Below, piece after piece: positions 36,052 through 45,141 of a stretch of DNA of 64,000 nt. A program made the position numbers and the translations under genes. The DNA comes from Terriglobia bacterium. GTDB taxonomy: Bacteria; Acidobacteriota; Terriglobia; Terriglobales; Acidobacteriaceae. The notes below the pieces were generated by a model. That model saw nothing but the letters and a program-made list of their open reading frames with translations. It had not been told where the DNA came from and ran no database searches. The stretch covers positions 9,389 through 73,388 of the forward strand of contig CAVUNN010000006.1 of NCBI GenBank assembly GCA_963742895.1. Direction: 5' to 3'. Every line of letters starts with the position of its first letter. The first letter of the stretch is position 1.

Positions 36052-37046
36052 GACTTGCGTCCGAAATCTTCGGCCGGTCGCGAGACGATCAGGTAGGCGG
36101 GCTTGCCCATCGCCATCGAAACTGCGACGCCGAGATACTCGGCGATGACGCCAAGCGAGATCAGAATTACCCCTGAAAAGAAGCAAGTGATGATAAAGAT
36201 AGATGTCCAGCCCTGGACTGGAACTCTGTTCTCCAGGCGCTGCCAAAGTGCCCATACGCTGATGAGAAATCCGAACACAATGGAAAATGCGCCCATCAAT
36301 GCGACGAAGCGCAACGGAAGAGTGCCGGAGGTAAGAACGAGTTGCCAGAAATGGCGAAAGAGTCGACGGAAAGTATAGCCGGACGGCCGACCGCGCTCGG
36401 TGCGCAGCGCCAATGGGCAATGAGCTGCGCTTCCGACCACCCAGGAAAGTGCTACGTCCAGGTAAACGTTTGCACCGCAATAGGCGGCGACGCCACGCGC
36501 GATTTCTCCTTCGATCAGCCGAAAACTATTGAAGGCCCCTATACGGTTGCCGAGCATCTTGCTGGAAATCAACTTCGCTGAGCGAGACAGTACGTTGCGC
36601 AAGACACCATGGGGCGGAGGATTCGTCGGCTTCGCATAAACGAGGCGCGAGTTGGTAGCGAGTGCCGCATCAAGCATGCGGCCGATATCGCGAGGATCCT
36701 GCTGACCGTCTTCATCAAGGGTGACGACCCATTCGGCGACTGTGCTAGCCATTCCTGCCAATGTCGCGGGGTGCTGGCCATAATTGCGTGAGAGCCAGAT
36801 GAGTCGAACAAACGGATACCGCGAACCCAGGGCACGCACGATGTCAGCGGAATGATCGACTGCGCCGTCGTGAACGAAGAGTAGTTCAAGGATGCGAAAG
36901 CGAAAGCCTGCAGGTGTGAATTGAGGAGTGATGAACGGAACGATTTCCTCTACCAGCGCCTGAAGTGTGTGTTCGCCCTGATACACCGGCACAACCACGG
37001 AGATCTCGTGCAGGCTCTGTTGCTCCTCATTCTCGGTGTCGTGCAT
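36048..37046 (-). CDS. Family-2 glycosyltransferase, ArnC/GtrB-like polyprenyl-phosphate sugar transferase
   Basis: 332 aa. It has ISVVVPVYQGEHT, FVHDGAVDHS, SRNYGQHPA and TLDEDGQQDP motifs plus two C-terminal TM helices. Confidence 0.85.
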   Translation of the reverse strand: MHDTENEEQQSLHEISVVVPVYQGEHTLQALVEEIVPFITPQFTPAGFRFRILELLFVHDGAVDHSADIVRALGSRYPFVRLIWLSRNYGQHPATLAGMASTVAEWVVTLDEDGQQDPRDIGRMLDAALATNSRLVYAKPTNPPPHGVLRNVLSRSAKLISSKMLGNRIGAFNSFRLIEGEIARGVAAYCGANVYLDVALSWVVGSAAHCPLALRTERGRPSGYTFRRLFRHFWQLVLTSGTLPLRFVALMGAFSIVFGFLISVWALWQRLENRVPVQGWTSIFIITCFFSGVILISLGVIAEYLGVAVSMAMGKPAYLIVSRPAEDFGRKS

Positions 37047-37100
37047 ATCCGCGCGGATTCTAGCATAGGAGAAAGGTGAGGTCGTTGCGCAATGCGGGCG

Positions 37101-37133
37101 AAAAAAGAGGCCCTGATTTGTGGAATCAGGGCC
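37101..37133 (-). terminator. Rho-independent terminator for the minus-strand PilZ operon
   Basis: Perfect 10-bp stem ggccctgatt / aatcagggcc with a 5-nt loop. On the minus strand it is followed by tcttttttc. It lies just downstream of the stop at 37141. Confidence 0.65.
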
Positions 37134-37140
37134 AGAGGAG

Positions 37141-37353
37141 CTAGTGAGTTGAGGTCACAAGTTTGAGTCTGCGTGACCGCTTGTCCGATTTCAGTTCAGG
37201 CTTGCACGGGCCATAGGCATCTTCGTCGGGGTGCGATGCCAGCAGCACATCGACGATTGCAATGTAACGATCGATCCAAACCAGTGGTTCCGGATTACGG
37301 ATCGCGGCCATGACCGATGGGGGGAGAAAACTAGCCGAGATTTGCACTTCCAC
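37141..37353 (-). CDS. Hypothetical small protein downstream of PilZ-DHp gene
   Basis: 70-aa ORF that starts 8 nt after the upstream stop, with a GGAG-like RBS. No family recognised. Confidence 0.3.
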   Translation of the reverse strand: MEVQISASFLPPSVMAAIRNPEPLVWIDRYIAIVDVLLASHPDEDAYGPCKPELKSDKRSRRLKLVTSTH

Positions 37354-37360
37354 TCCTTTG

Positions 37361-37954
37361 TCATGATTCGATTGTCAGTTCACGTACGAGAGAAGCCGCT
37401 TTCAGGCCGGCGCTCTTTGCACTTTCAACGCTCTTCCTGATTGCGGGATCCAGGTTCGCCTGGCTCAAAACAAGGTCACAATTGCCGACGATGACAGCCA
37501 AGTGAGTATTGAATTGATGGACGAAGTTGGCGGAAGCGGGCTTCTCGCGAGAGAGCAATTCTGGCACGGCAGAGAATGTGGGAATCTGCGTGCGGTCGTA
37601 TTGGATGTGATAATTCAGGATGGCCGCGGCCAGAGCATGCGCATTCTGATCAACCAGTTCTTCGCGTACGACAAGTGCGTCACAGATCACTTCGACTGGA
37701 AGTCCACCCGAGATTTGCGGTGGAACCGCGAAGCGAACCGTGATCTGAGTACGTGGTTGTAAAGCGTCATCCGAGCGGAACAAGACACCGGTACAACTGA
37801 TGTTCTCGGTCACGCCGGAGCGCCATTCCGAATCCTGATTACAGCGGAAACGGATAGGAGTTCGCACACTGAACCGCTTGGCACGTGCATGCGCAGAACC
37901 AAGCAGGTCCATAGATTTGTCCGAACGGTCACGACTTTTGCCGAACCATCTCAA
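37361..37954 (-). CDS. PilZ domain protein with C-terminal histidine-kinase DHp (HisKA-like) segment, no ATPase domain
   Basis: 197 aa. It has the PilZ motifs RxxxR (KRFSVR) and N.S..G (ENISCTG). The C-terminal FVHQFNTHLAVIVGNCDLVL...AASLVRELT resembles the H-box/DHp helices of NtrB-type kinases. Confidence 0.6.
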   Translation of the reverse strand: MRWFGKSRDRSDKSMDLLGSAHARAKRFSVRTPIRFRCNQDSEWRSGVTENISCTGVLFRSDDALQPRTQITVRFAVPPQISGGLPVEVICDALVVREELVDQNAHALAAAILNYHIQYDRTQIPTFSAVPELLSREKPASANFVHQFNTHLAVIVGNCDLVLSQANLDPAIRKSVESAKSAGLKAASLVRELTIES

Positions 37955-38165
37955 CAGGAATGCTCCTGATCCATCTTGCCTTAATAGATGGTGAATGTGG
38001 GCATTCCGTAGCGTTACGAAGGTCGATGCTCATGCGGACAAACGTGCAAGAACTGATGGACACGTTCGGAGCGTCGAGGAGGACAACAACTGTAGGACCA
38101 TCGGGCAGCAGACGAAACAACCATCGTGACCTCCCGAAGTTCAATAGGAAGTACATAATGAGACT

Positions 38166-38531
38166 GTGCCTTCCTTCATCAACACTCGCAGATGGCCCAG
38201 ACTTCCGATCGCGTTCCCCGTTTTCGTGAGGAGTACTGATGAGAACGGAAAAGTATCATTGGAATTCGCGACCGCTATGAACGTGAGTGCCGGGGGCGTG
38301 CTGTTGGCGGTGCGCAAGAGTCCCAAGTCACGGCATCTGTCGCTGGAGATACCTGTCTATCCGGGCGCTCTGCCCGAAGGACAAAACCTCATCCGCTTCA
38401 TTGAGGGCAACGTGGTCCGGACGGAGAAGCGCGATCGATATTCCCTGCTAGGTATGAAGTTCGATACACCGCTGCCGGTATTTTCAACGGATCAAAGTTC
38501 GACGGTGCGAACTGCTCTCGGTGCTCATTAA
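38166..38531 (+). CDS. Stand-alone PilZ domain protein
   Basis: 121 aa. It has RRWPR (RxxxR) and MNVSAGG (N.S..G) at canonical spacing. It is divergent from the PilZ-DHp gene. Confidence 0.7.
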   Translation: MPSFINTRRWPRLPIAFPVFVRSTDENGKVSLEFATAMNVSAGGVLLAVRKSPKSRHLSLEIPVYPGALPEGQNLIRFIEGNVVRTEKRDRYSLLGMKFDTPLPVFSTDQSSTVRTALGAH

Positions 38532-38540
38532 AATGGGTGC

Positions 38541-39044
38541 ATGCTCAGGATTCGACCCGCTGTCCCCCAGGATGCTGAATTAATCGTTCAATTCATCCGC
38601 GAGCTTGCGGAATATGAGAGAGAGCCGCAGGCTGCGATTGCCACCGTCACAGATATTCTGCGCGACGGATTCGGCGAGATTCCCAAGTTCCGAACGCTCA
38701 TGGCGGAGTGGGATGGGCGTCCTGCAGGTTTCGCACTGTTCTTCCTGAATTATTCAACCTGGTTGGGCCGTCCGGGATTGTACTTGGAAGATCTATTCGT
38801 GCGACCTGAGTTCCGCGGGAACGGAATCGGTAAAGCAATACTTCAAGAGCTGGCGCGCATCGCTCTCGCCGAGAATTGCTATGGAATGAAATGGCAGGTG
38901 CTGGACTGGAATACTTCTGCGATAGATTTCTACGAGAGACTGGGAGCGAAGCTGCAGAAGGAGTGGTTAAGCGTACGGATTATGGGTGAACCACTGCGAG
39001 CATTGGCGGAGCCAATAACGCAAGGCACGGTCGCTCGCGATTGA
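38541..39044 (+). CDS. GNAT-family N-acetyltransferase (diamine/spermidine acetyltransferase-like)
   Basis: 167 aa. It has an acetyl-CoA binding motif (LFVRPEFRGNGIGKAIL) and the typical GNAT beta-alpha pattern. Confidence 0.85.
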   Translation: MLRIRPAVPQDAELIVQFIRELAEYEREPQAAIATVTDILRDGFGEIPKFRTLMAEWDGRPAGFALFFLNYSTWLGRPGLYLEDLFVRPEFRGNGIGKAILQELARIALAENCYGMKWQVLDWNTSAIDFYERLGAKLQKEWLSVRIMGEPLRALAEPITQGTVARD

Positions 39045-39160
39045 TGCGGTCTAGCAGGTATCGATTATTCCACTAGGAGTGAGCGGGTTTTTCGAAACTG
39101 AAGGTTAAAGTTCGTCCGGTACAATCAAGCATTCATTACTGCCAAGGAAATGAGCCAGGG

Positions 39161-40582
39161 ATGAGTCTCATCATAATGAAGTTCGGGGGGACGTCTGTCG
39201 GCGACGCGACGAGAATTCGCGCGTCGGCGGAAATCGCCTGTAAAGCCAATGGAAAGCATCAAGTAGCAGTAGTGGTTTCTGCGCTGTCGGGCGTCACAGA
39301 CCTGATTTTGAAAACTGTCAGCGCGGCCCGCCAAGGCGAAGACAAGCAAGTCGCCGAGCAGATGCAGTTGTTACAGGAGCGACATAAGAAAGTTATCGGC
39401 GAACTATTCAAGGGACCTGAGCGGAAGGGAATCGAAGAGCAGGTCGGGACGGTGCTGAAGCAGTTGCACGACATCTGCGCGGCTTTGCTTCTGCTGCGAT
39501 CAACTACTCCACAAATCATGGATGCGGCGGCGCCGATGGGAGAGCGAATTTCGGCGCACATCTTTGCGGGAGTGCTGCGCGGGATCGGCGCGGCGGGAGA
39601 GTTCGTGGATTCGACGCGAGTCCTAATTACCGACGACAAATTCGGAGACGCATCTGCCGATATGGAAGCGACGGCCAAAAAAGCGAATGAGGTTCTGACG
39701 CCTTTGCTGAAATCCGGTAAGCTGCCGGTCATCACCGGATTCATGGGTTCCACTCCGAAGGGACAACCTACCACGCTCGGTCGCGGCGGATCGGATTCGT
39801 CGGCAACAATTCTGGGAGCAGCGCTGGGGGCGGATGAGGTCTGGATCTACACCGACGTGGATGGAGTGCTCACGGCAGATCCGCGCGTATGTCCGGATGC
39901 AAAAACTCTGCCGGCAATTACGTTTTCGGAGGCGGTGGAGCTTTCTTATTATGGAGCGAAGGTGATCCATCATAAGGCGATTCGTCCGACAATGGATAAA
40001 GGGATTCCTGTGTGGATCAAGAACTCGTTTCGGCCGGAGGTCGCGGGGACAGAAATTGTTGCCAAGGTTCCGAGAAATGGATCGGCGGTAAAAGCAGTCA
40101 CGGTGGTGAAGCAGGCGAGCCTTATCACGCTGACCACGAAGCGCGATGTTCCCTTTGCCGAAATCTTCGGACGATTGTTCCTGCGACTCGGACACGAGCA
40201 CGTCGATGTGTTGTTCTCGACGCAATCGTCTTCAGAGAACTCGCTTGGATTGGTGCTGCGCGAGGCGGATACTGATGTAGTTGTGAAACTGATGGAGCGT
40301 GCGTTCCGGATGGAATTGCAGCACGGAGTGGTGAATCCGATCCAGGTGCAGAGGGATATTGCAGTGGTGTGCGTGTTGGGCGAATCGATGCGCGGGACGC
40401 GAGGCATTCTGGGAAGACTATTTTCAGCGGTAGCGAATGCGAATCAGAGTGTAATCGCAGTGGCGCAGGGCGCAAGCGAGTTGAACATCTGTTTTGCTGT
40501 GCATGCGACTGGGGCTGATGCTGTGGTACGAGCGGTGCACGGCGAATTCCTGTCGCAAAACGCGGCGCGGGCGGAGGCGTAA
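39161..40582 (+). CDS. Aspartate kinase with C-terminal ACT domains
   Basis: 473 aa. It has MKFGGTSVGD, VVVSALSGVTD and GRGGSDSSATILGAAL...IYTDVDGVLTADPR motifs and an ACT region. Confidence 0.9.
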   Translation: MSLIIMKFGGTSVGDATRIRASAEIACKANGKHQVAVVVSALSGVTDLILKTVSAARQGEDKQVAEQMQLLQERHKKVIGELFKGPERKGIEEQVGTVLKQLHDICAALLLLRSTTPQIMDAAAPMGERISAHIFAGVLRGIGAAGEFVDSTRVLITDDKFGDASADMEATAKKANEVLTPLLKSGKLPVITGFMGSTPKGQPTTLGRGGSDSSATILGAALGADEVWIYTDVDGVLTADPRVCPDAKTLPAITFSEAVELSYYGAKVIHHKAIRPTMDKGIPVWIKNSFRPEVAGTEIVAKVPRNGSAVKAVTVVKQASLITLTTKRDVPFAEIFGRLFLRLGHEHVDVLFSTQSSSENSLGLVLREADTDVVVKLMERAFRMELQHGVVNPIQVQRDIAVVCVLGESMRGTRGILGRLFSAVANANQSVIAVAQGASELNICFAVHATGADAVVRAVHGEFLSQNAARAEA

Positions 40583-40584
40583 CC

Positions 40585-41943
40585 ATGGGGTATTCCGCGC
40601 AAGCGATGGGAGCGATCCACACCGTCGGGCAGCACAAACTCGAATGCATAGGATGCGGCGATCATTGCAAGGAGGCTGGTCCGGACTTCCGCTGCGAAAA
40701 CTGTGGCGATCTGCTGGAGGCTGTCTACGACTGGCCTGAGATCGATGCCGAAATTGTGCAGAGAACCTGGCTGCACCGGAGAACTTCGCTGGCGCCACTG
40801 GACCAGAGCGGCGTGTGGAGATTCCGTGATTTCCTGCCGATTCTTCGCGATTTTAATGATGTTGTGACCTTGCGCGAAGGCAATACGCCCCTATATGAGG
40901 TGCCGCATTCTGCGAAAAGTGCGGGGGTGCAAACGCTGCTGGCGAAGCACCAGGGGATGAATCCGACGGGATCGTTTAAAGACACGGGCATGACGGCAGC
41001 GATCTCGGTCGCGAAAGAAAAGGGATTTCAGTGGGTGGCGTGCGCGTCGACAGGAAACACATCGGCGTCGATGGCGGCGTATGCGGCGCGAGCGGGAATG
41101 CGCAGCTTGGTCCTGATTCCCGAAGGAAAGATCGCCTGGGGAAAGCTGGCGCAGTCGCTCGAGTATGGGGCCGTAACACTGCAGTTGCGAACGGACTTCG
41201 ACGGCTGTGTACGGGTGTTGACGGAGCTGGTGCATCGCTATCCGATCTATCTGCTGAATTCAATGAACCCGTATCGCCTCGAAGGACAGAAGACGCTGGC
41301 ATTTGAGCTGCTGGAGCAGTTGGAGTGGGAAGTGCCAGACCATATTGTTGTCCCGGGTGGCAATCTGGCGAATTCGTCGGCGATCGGCAAGGGAATTCTG
41401 GAGTTGCATAGGGCAGGGCTGATCCGAAAATTGCCCCAGATTCATGTGATCCAGGCGGAGGGCGCGAATGCACTGGTGCGAACGGTGCGCGAGACCGGTG
41501 GTAAGAAATTGATTCCAGTGCAGGCGGAGACACTGGCGACGGCGATACGCATTGGAAATCCGGCCTCATGGAAGAAGGCAGTGCGAATCCTCGAGGCAAC
41601 CGGCGGAAGTGTGGAGCAGGTCAGTGAGGCCGAGATCGCGGTCGCAAAGGCGGAAATTGGTGAAGATGGAATCGGATGCGAGCCGGCATCGGCCGCGACT
41701 CTGGCGGGTCTGAAAAAGCTCGTGAAGCAAGGATTGGCAAAGAAGGCTGAGTCCGTCGTGCTGGTGCTGACGGGTCACGTGTTGAAGGATCCCGAGTACA
41801 CGTTCAAGTTTCATCAGGGAGAGCTGTTAAAAGATTCGGAGGCGGAGTCGATCACAGAGCCCCACCGGCGCCCACCGATCGTTCTGGATGGGACTGTCGA
41901 TGCCGTGCTTCCGATTCTTGAAGCAGCGCGTCAGGGAGAGTAG
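40585..41943 (+). CDS. thrC: Threonine synthase with N-terminal zinc-ribbon
   Basis: 452 aa. It has CIGCG...CENCG at the N-terminus, the PLP Lys motif (NPTGSFKDTGM), and GNLANS and SAATLAG motifs. Confidence 0.9.
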   Translation: MGYSAQAMGAIHTVGQHKLECIGCGDHCKEAGPDFRCENCGDLLEAVYDWPEIDAEIVQRTWLHRRTSLAPLDQSGVWRFRDFLPILRDFNDVVTLREGNTPLYEVPHSAKSAGVQTLLAKHQGMNPTGSFKDTGMTAAISVAKEKGFQWVACASTGNTSASMAAYAARAGMRSLVLIPEGKIAWGKLAQSLEYGAVTLQLRTDFDGCVRVLTELVHRYPIYLLNSMNPYRLEGQKTLAFELLEQLEWEVPDHIVVPGGNLANSSAIGKGILELHRAGLIRKLPQIHVIQAEGANALVRTVRETGGKKLIPVQAETLATAIRIGNPASWKKAVRILEATGGSVEQVSEAEIAVAKAEIGEDGIGCEPASAATLAGLKKLVKQGLAKKAESVVLVLTGHVLKDPEYTFKFHQGELLKDSEAESITEPHRRPPIVLDGTVDAVLPILEAARQGE

Positions 41944-41952
41944 GGACGAACC

Positions 41953-42897
41953 TTGGGAATGATCAAGCTGAAACTGCCGGCAAGTTCTGCCAACCTCGGA
42001 GCCGCTTTCGATGCGGCGGCGCTCGCGGTCGCGTTGTACCTCGAGGTCGAGTCGTCGCCGGCCGCGGAGTTTCAGGTATATGCAACGGGACGCGATGCTG
42101 CGGCATGCTCTCAGATCGAGCACAACCTTATTATCGATACGTATGTTGCGACGTTGCGCGGTAGCGGACGCGCCGTTGAACCGTTGAGCCTGCGCGTTCA
42201 CAACGAGATTCCACTGGGGATGGGATTGGGATCGTCGGCCGCGGCGAGGCTGGCCGGAATTGCGATCGCCGCGAAGCAGGGCGGCTTGGGATGGTCGCGC
42301 GATCGTGTGCTGGCAGAGTCGGCGAAGCTGGAGGGGCATCCCGACAATGTGGGCGCTTGCTGGATCGGCGGGTTGGTAACCGCCCGCATGAGCGATGACT
42401 GCCAGGTGCAAGCGATCAAGATTGATGCGCCGGTGCAATGGCCAATCCTGGTGGCGATCCCGCCAAAGGCGCTTTCGACTGAAGAGGCAAGAGGTTTTTT
42501 GCCGGCGACGTACACGCGAGGCGATGTCGTAACGAATTTGCAGAATTCGCTATTGATGTTGGGAGCATTCGCGCAAGGCCGGGGTGAGTTGCTGAAATAT
42601 GCGCTAGGCGACCGAATTCACGAACCTTATCGCGAAAGGGCATGTCCATTGCTTCCGGCGCTTCGGTCACTGGTTGGACATCACGGAATTTTGGGATGCG
42701 CGCTGAGTGGCGCTGGTCCGGGGGTGCTGATGGTGATGGCGGAAGGGACCAATCTATCCAGAGCGTCGGCGGCGATCCAACGTCACCTTGCTGAGAACGG
42801 CCTGGAAGCGGAGATTATTTCGACGGCGATTGAGGATACCGGTGGCGTCGAGAGCTACATAGAGCAGGCAGAACTGGCGAAGGGCGCGAGGCTGTAA
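41953..42897 (+). CDS. thrB: Homoserine kinase (GHMP family)
   Basis: 314 aa. It has PASSANLG, the GHMP motif PLGMGLGSSAA, HPDNV and SGAGP. Confidence 0.85.
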   Translation: MGMIKLKLPASSANLGAAFDAAALAVALYLEVESSPAAEFQVYATGRDAAACSQIEHNLIIDTYVATLRGSGRAVEPLSLRVHNEIPLGMGLGSSAAARLAGIAIAAKQGGLGWSRDRVLAESAKLEGHPDNVGACWIGGLVTARMSDDCQVQAIKIDAPVQWPILVAIPPKALSTEEARGFLPATYTRGDVVTNLQNSLLMLGAFAQGRGELLKYALGDRIHEPYRERACPLLPALRSLVGHHGILGCALSGAGPGVLMVMAEGTNLSRASAAIQRHLAENGLEAEIISTAIEDTGGVESYIEQAELAKGARL

Positions 42898-42976
42898 TCA
42901 CAAGAGCAAAGTCAAAATCCACACCCTTGCTTCGCAAGGATGCGGCACCCCTAAACAATTCCTGAATCTAAAGTTC

Positions 42977-43975
42977 CTAAATAACCGTGACAGGCTCCAT
43001 CTGACCGGTACGCATGGAACGGTACGCGGCGTCGAGAATGACCTGATTCTGCCAACCCACTTCGCCGGGTGCGGGAAACTTGCCGTTGCCTTCGAGTGCG
43101 GCAGCAAATGAATCCACTTGACGAGCGTAGGCGAGTCGATTGTCGACTTCTTCTACGACAACCGGCTTGTCTTCGGGATGATATTCGATGGCGACCGGAC
43201 GATCGACTGTGAGAGCGTCGTCGGCAAAAATCTCGCCAGCCTCTCCGATAATTTCCAGCGGAGTTCGGTACGGTGCGCGATAGGAAACGAGCACTGTGCC
43301 CAGGGTTCCTGCGCGGAATTGCAGGGTGAGGATAGCTGCGGCCTCAACCTCGCCAGAGTTACTATCGGAAACTGTGCGGGCATGAACACGGACGATTTCG
43401 TCCTGAAGAATGTAGCGAAGAGTATCGATACAATGCACGCCGATATCGGCAATGGGGCCGCCGCCGGCGAGGGAACGATCGGTAAGCCACTTGCGCTGAT
43501 GATTGCGGGCGGCGAAGGAAAATTCTGAGCGCGCAAAAACAAGGCGCCCCAGATCACCAGATTGCACGCGAGCGCGAATGCGCGCCGTACTCTCATGGAA
43601 ACGGAACACCTGCGCCACCCCCAACAGAAGCCGCAAGCGATGGGCTGTGTCGACCATCTCCCGGCACTCATCAGCGTCCATTCCCATAGGCTTTTCGCAC
43701 AACACCGGCTTGCCGCGTCGCAGGGCAGTGAGCACATCGAGACGATGGCAGGCGTTAGGCGAGGTGACGAGAACAGCGTCGACTTCAGGCGAGAGGCAGA
43801 GCTCGTCGGTGGAGGAAAAGTAATGGGGGATGCCGTATTCCTGCGACGAAGCTTTGGCCTTCTCCGGATTGCGACGTTGAAGCGCCGTGACGGTGCAGTT
43901 AGACGAAAGCTGAAAGCCAGGCATCAGTCGCCTGACGGCATGCAAACCAAATCCGACAATCCCAAAGCGAATCAT
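42977..43975 (-). CDS. Gfo/Idh/MocA-family NAD(P)-dependent oxidoreductase
   Basis: 332 aa. It has IRFGIVGFGLHA, the LCEKPM motif, and a C-terminal alpha/beta domain. Confidence 0.85.
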   Translation of the reverse strand: MIRFGIVGFGLHAVRRLMPGFQLSSNCTVTALQRRNPEKAKASSQEYGIPHYFSSTDELCLSPEVDAVLVTSPNACHRLDVLTALRRGKPVLCEKPMGMDADECREMVDTAHRLRLLLGVAQVFRFHESTARIRARVQSGDLGRLVFARSEFSFAARNHQRKWLTDRSLAGGGPIADIGVHCIDTLRYILQDEIVRVHARTVSDSNSGEVEAAAILTLQFRAGTLGTVLVSYRAPYRTPLEIIGEAGEIFADDALTVDRPVAIEYHPEDKPVVVEEVDNRLAYARQVDSFAAALEGNGKFPAPGEVGWQNQVILDAAYRSMRTGQMEPVTVI

Positions 43976-44131
43976 TCTCCGACCTGACTGTGGCGGACAC
44001 GAAGTGGCGCTCCGATCCGCGGAATCAAAACTGCAGAAACAACGAGATTACCAGAGTGTAAAGGATAGGTAAGCAGGGAAGTACTGACGAGTCGGGCACG
44101 GGTCCAAGGCCACAGTAAGTCACGGCAGGTA

Positions 44132-44356
44132 GTGATGACGATCACCGCTTGTGGTTACAACCCGGCGCAGACTTGGCGGCAGAGGTGGTATATGCCAATC
44201 CTGTTCATGGCTCTGATGGCGCTGGGCGTGTTCGTCGTAATGGGCCTGATGCTGTTCTACGCAGCATATGCCGAAGGACACGAACGAAAGCTGGAGCAGA
44301 AAGTCGTTAGCAAGAATGTTGACCAGCAGCATAAGATAGCGGCGACTCGGGCTTGA
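44132..44356 (+). CDS. Possible small single-TM protein
   Basis: 74-aa ORF; an internal Met would give MPILFMALMALGVFVVMGLMLFYAAYAE.... No family recognised and the coding signal is weak. Confidence 0.2.
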   Translation: MMTITACGYNPAQTWRQRWYMPILFMALMALGVFVVMGLMLFYAAYAEGHERKLEQKVVSKNVDQQHKIAATRA

Positions 44357-45141
44357 GTGGAGTTAAGAGGGATGGCCGGAGCGCAGCGCACAATCCCGAG
44401 TAGGGACGTGCGCGCTCCCGTGGAACTGCCTGTATTCCAATTTCGTAAGACAATCTGAAGTGGTTGAGATAATGGCATTGGCCTGATATACCCGGTGCTG
44501 TCCGTCGCCGGCTCGGTTTCCTGTGCGACCTAAACGGTCGCCATACCACCACCTATCTCAGGATGAGCGAGGTTAAAATTCTGACCATCGAACCACAGTG
44601 CGGAGCCTAAAGCTCTGAAGAGAGGCTCATGAAAAACAGACTGTGGTGATGAATGCAATTGGTAAGATTCAGTGATAACAACGTGGGCTTCCGAAGCCTG
44701 CCAATTCTCCCTTGAGCTGCCGCCCGAATTTCGACCGGGGAGATCAGCATGCAGCCGAGCGCGGCAGACTGCAAGTACTCCGAACTTCATGCCGTTCTCC
44801 TCGCGTCTCTGAGGGTCACACGGGATGCAAGTGCTCACGGCTGTATAGCCGTTGGCGACTTCGTAAGCAACACACGCGACGCCGCGCCCCGCTGGCGACT
44901 CCAGTTCGAGACACTTCTCGCTTGTGTGGCGGGAGCTGAGAGACAGGCAGGATCAGTGCAAAGCCTAATCGGAATGCTTATTTTGCGAAACAAAAGCGTG
45001 TTCCAAGGCCTCCAGTAGGCCAATAATCAACGCGCTGACCCGAGAATAGGCTGTGATAATGGGCTGATATCCTTCTCCGCCGACCACGATTTGTTGCCAG
45101 CTGAGATGGAAATCACCCGACGGCTCTTCATTTTCCTCGAC

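Noticed and set aside
39045-39160. Lysine/threonine riboswitch or attenuator leader upstream of aspartate kinase.
   Set aside because: I could not recognise L-box conserved elements, a leader peptide rich in Thr/Ile/Lys, or a terminator/antiterminator pair by eye. This would need a covariance-model scan.
44530-44838. 102-aa minus-strand ORF (…WFDGQNFNLAHPEIGG…) as a real gene.
   Set aside because: It has no family signature, no RBS and poor composition. It overlaps equally long ORFs on the other strand.
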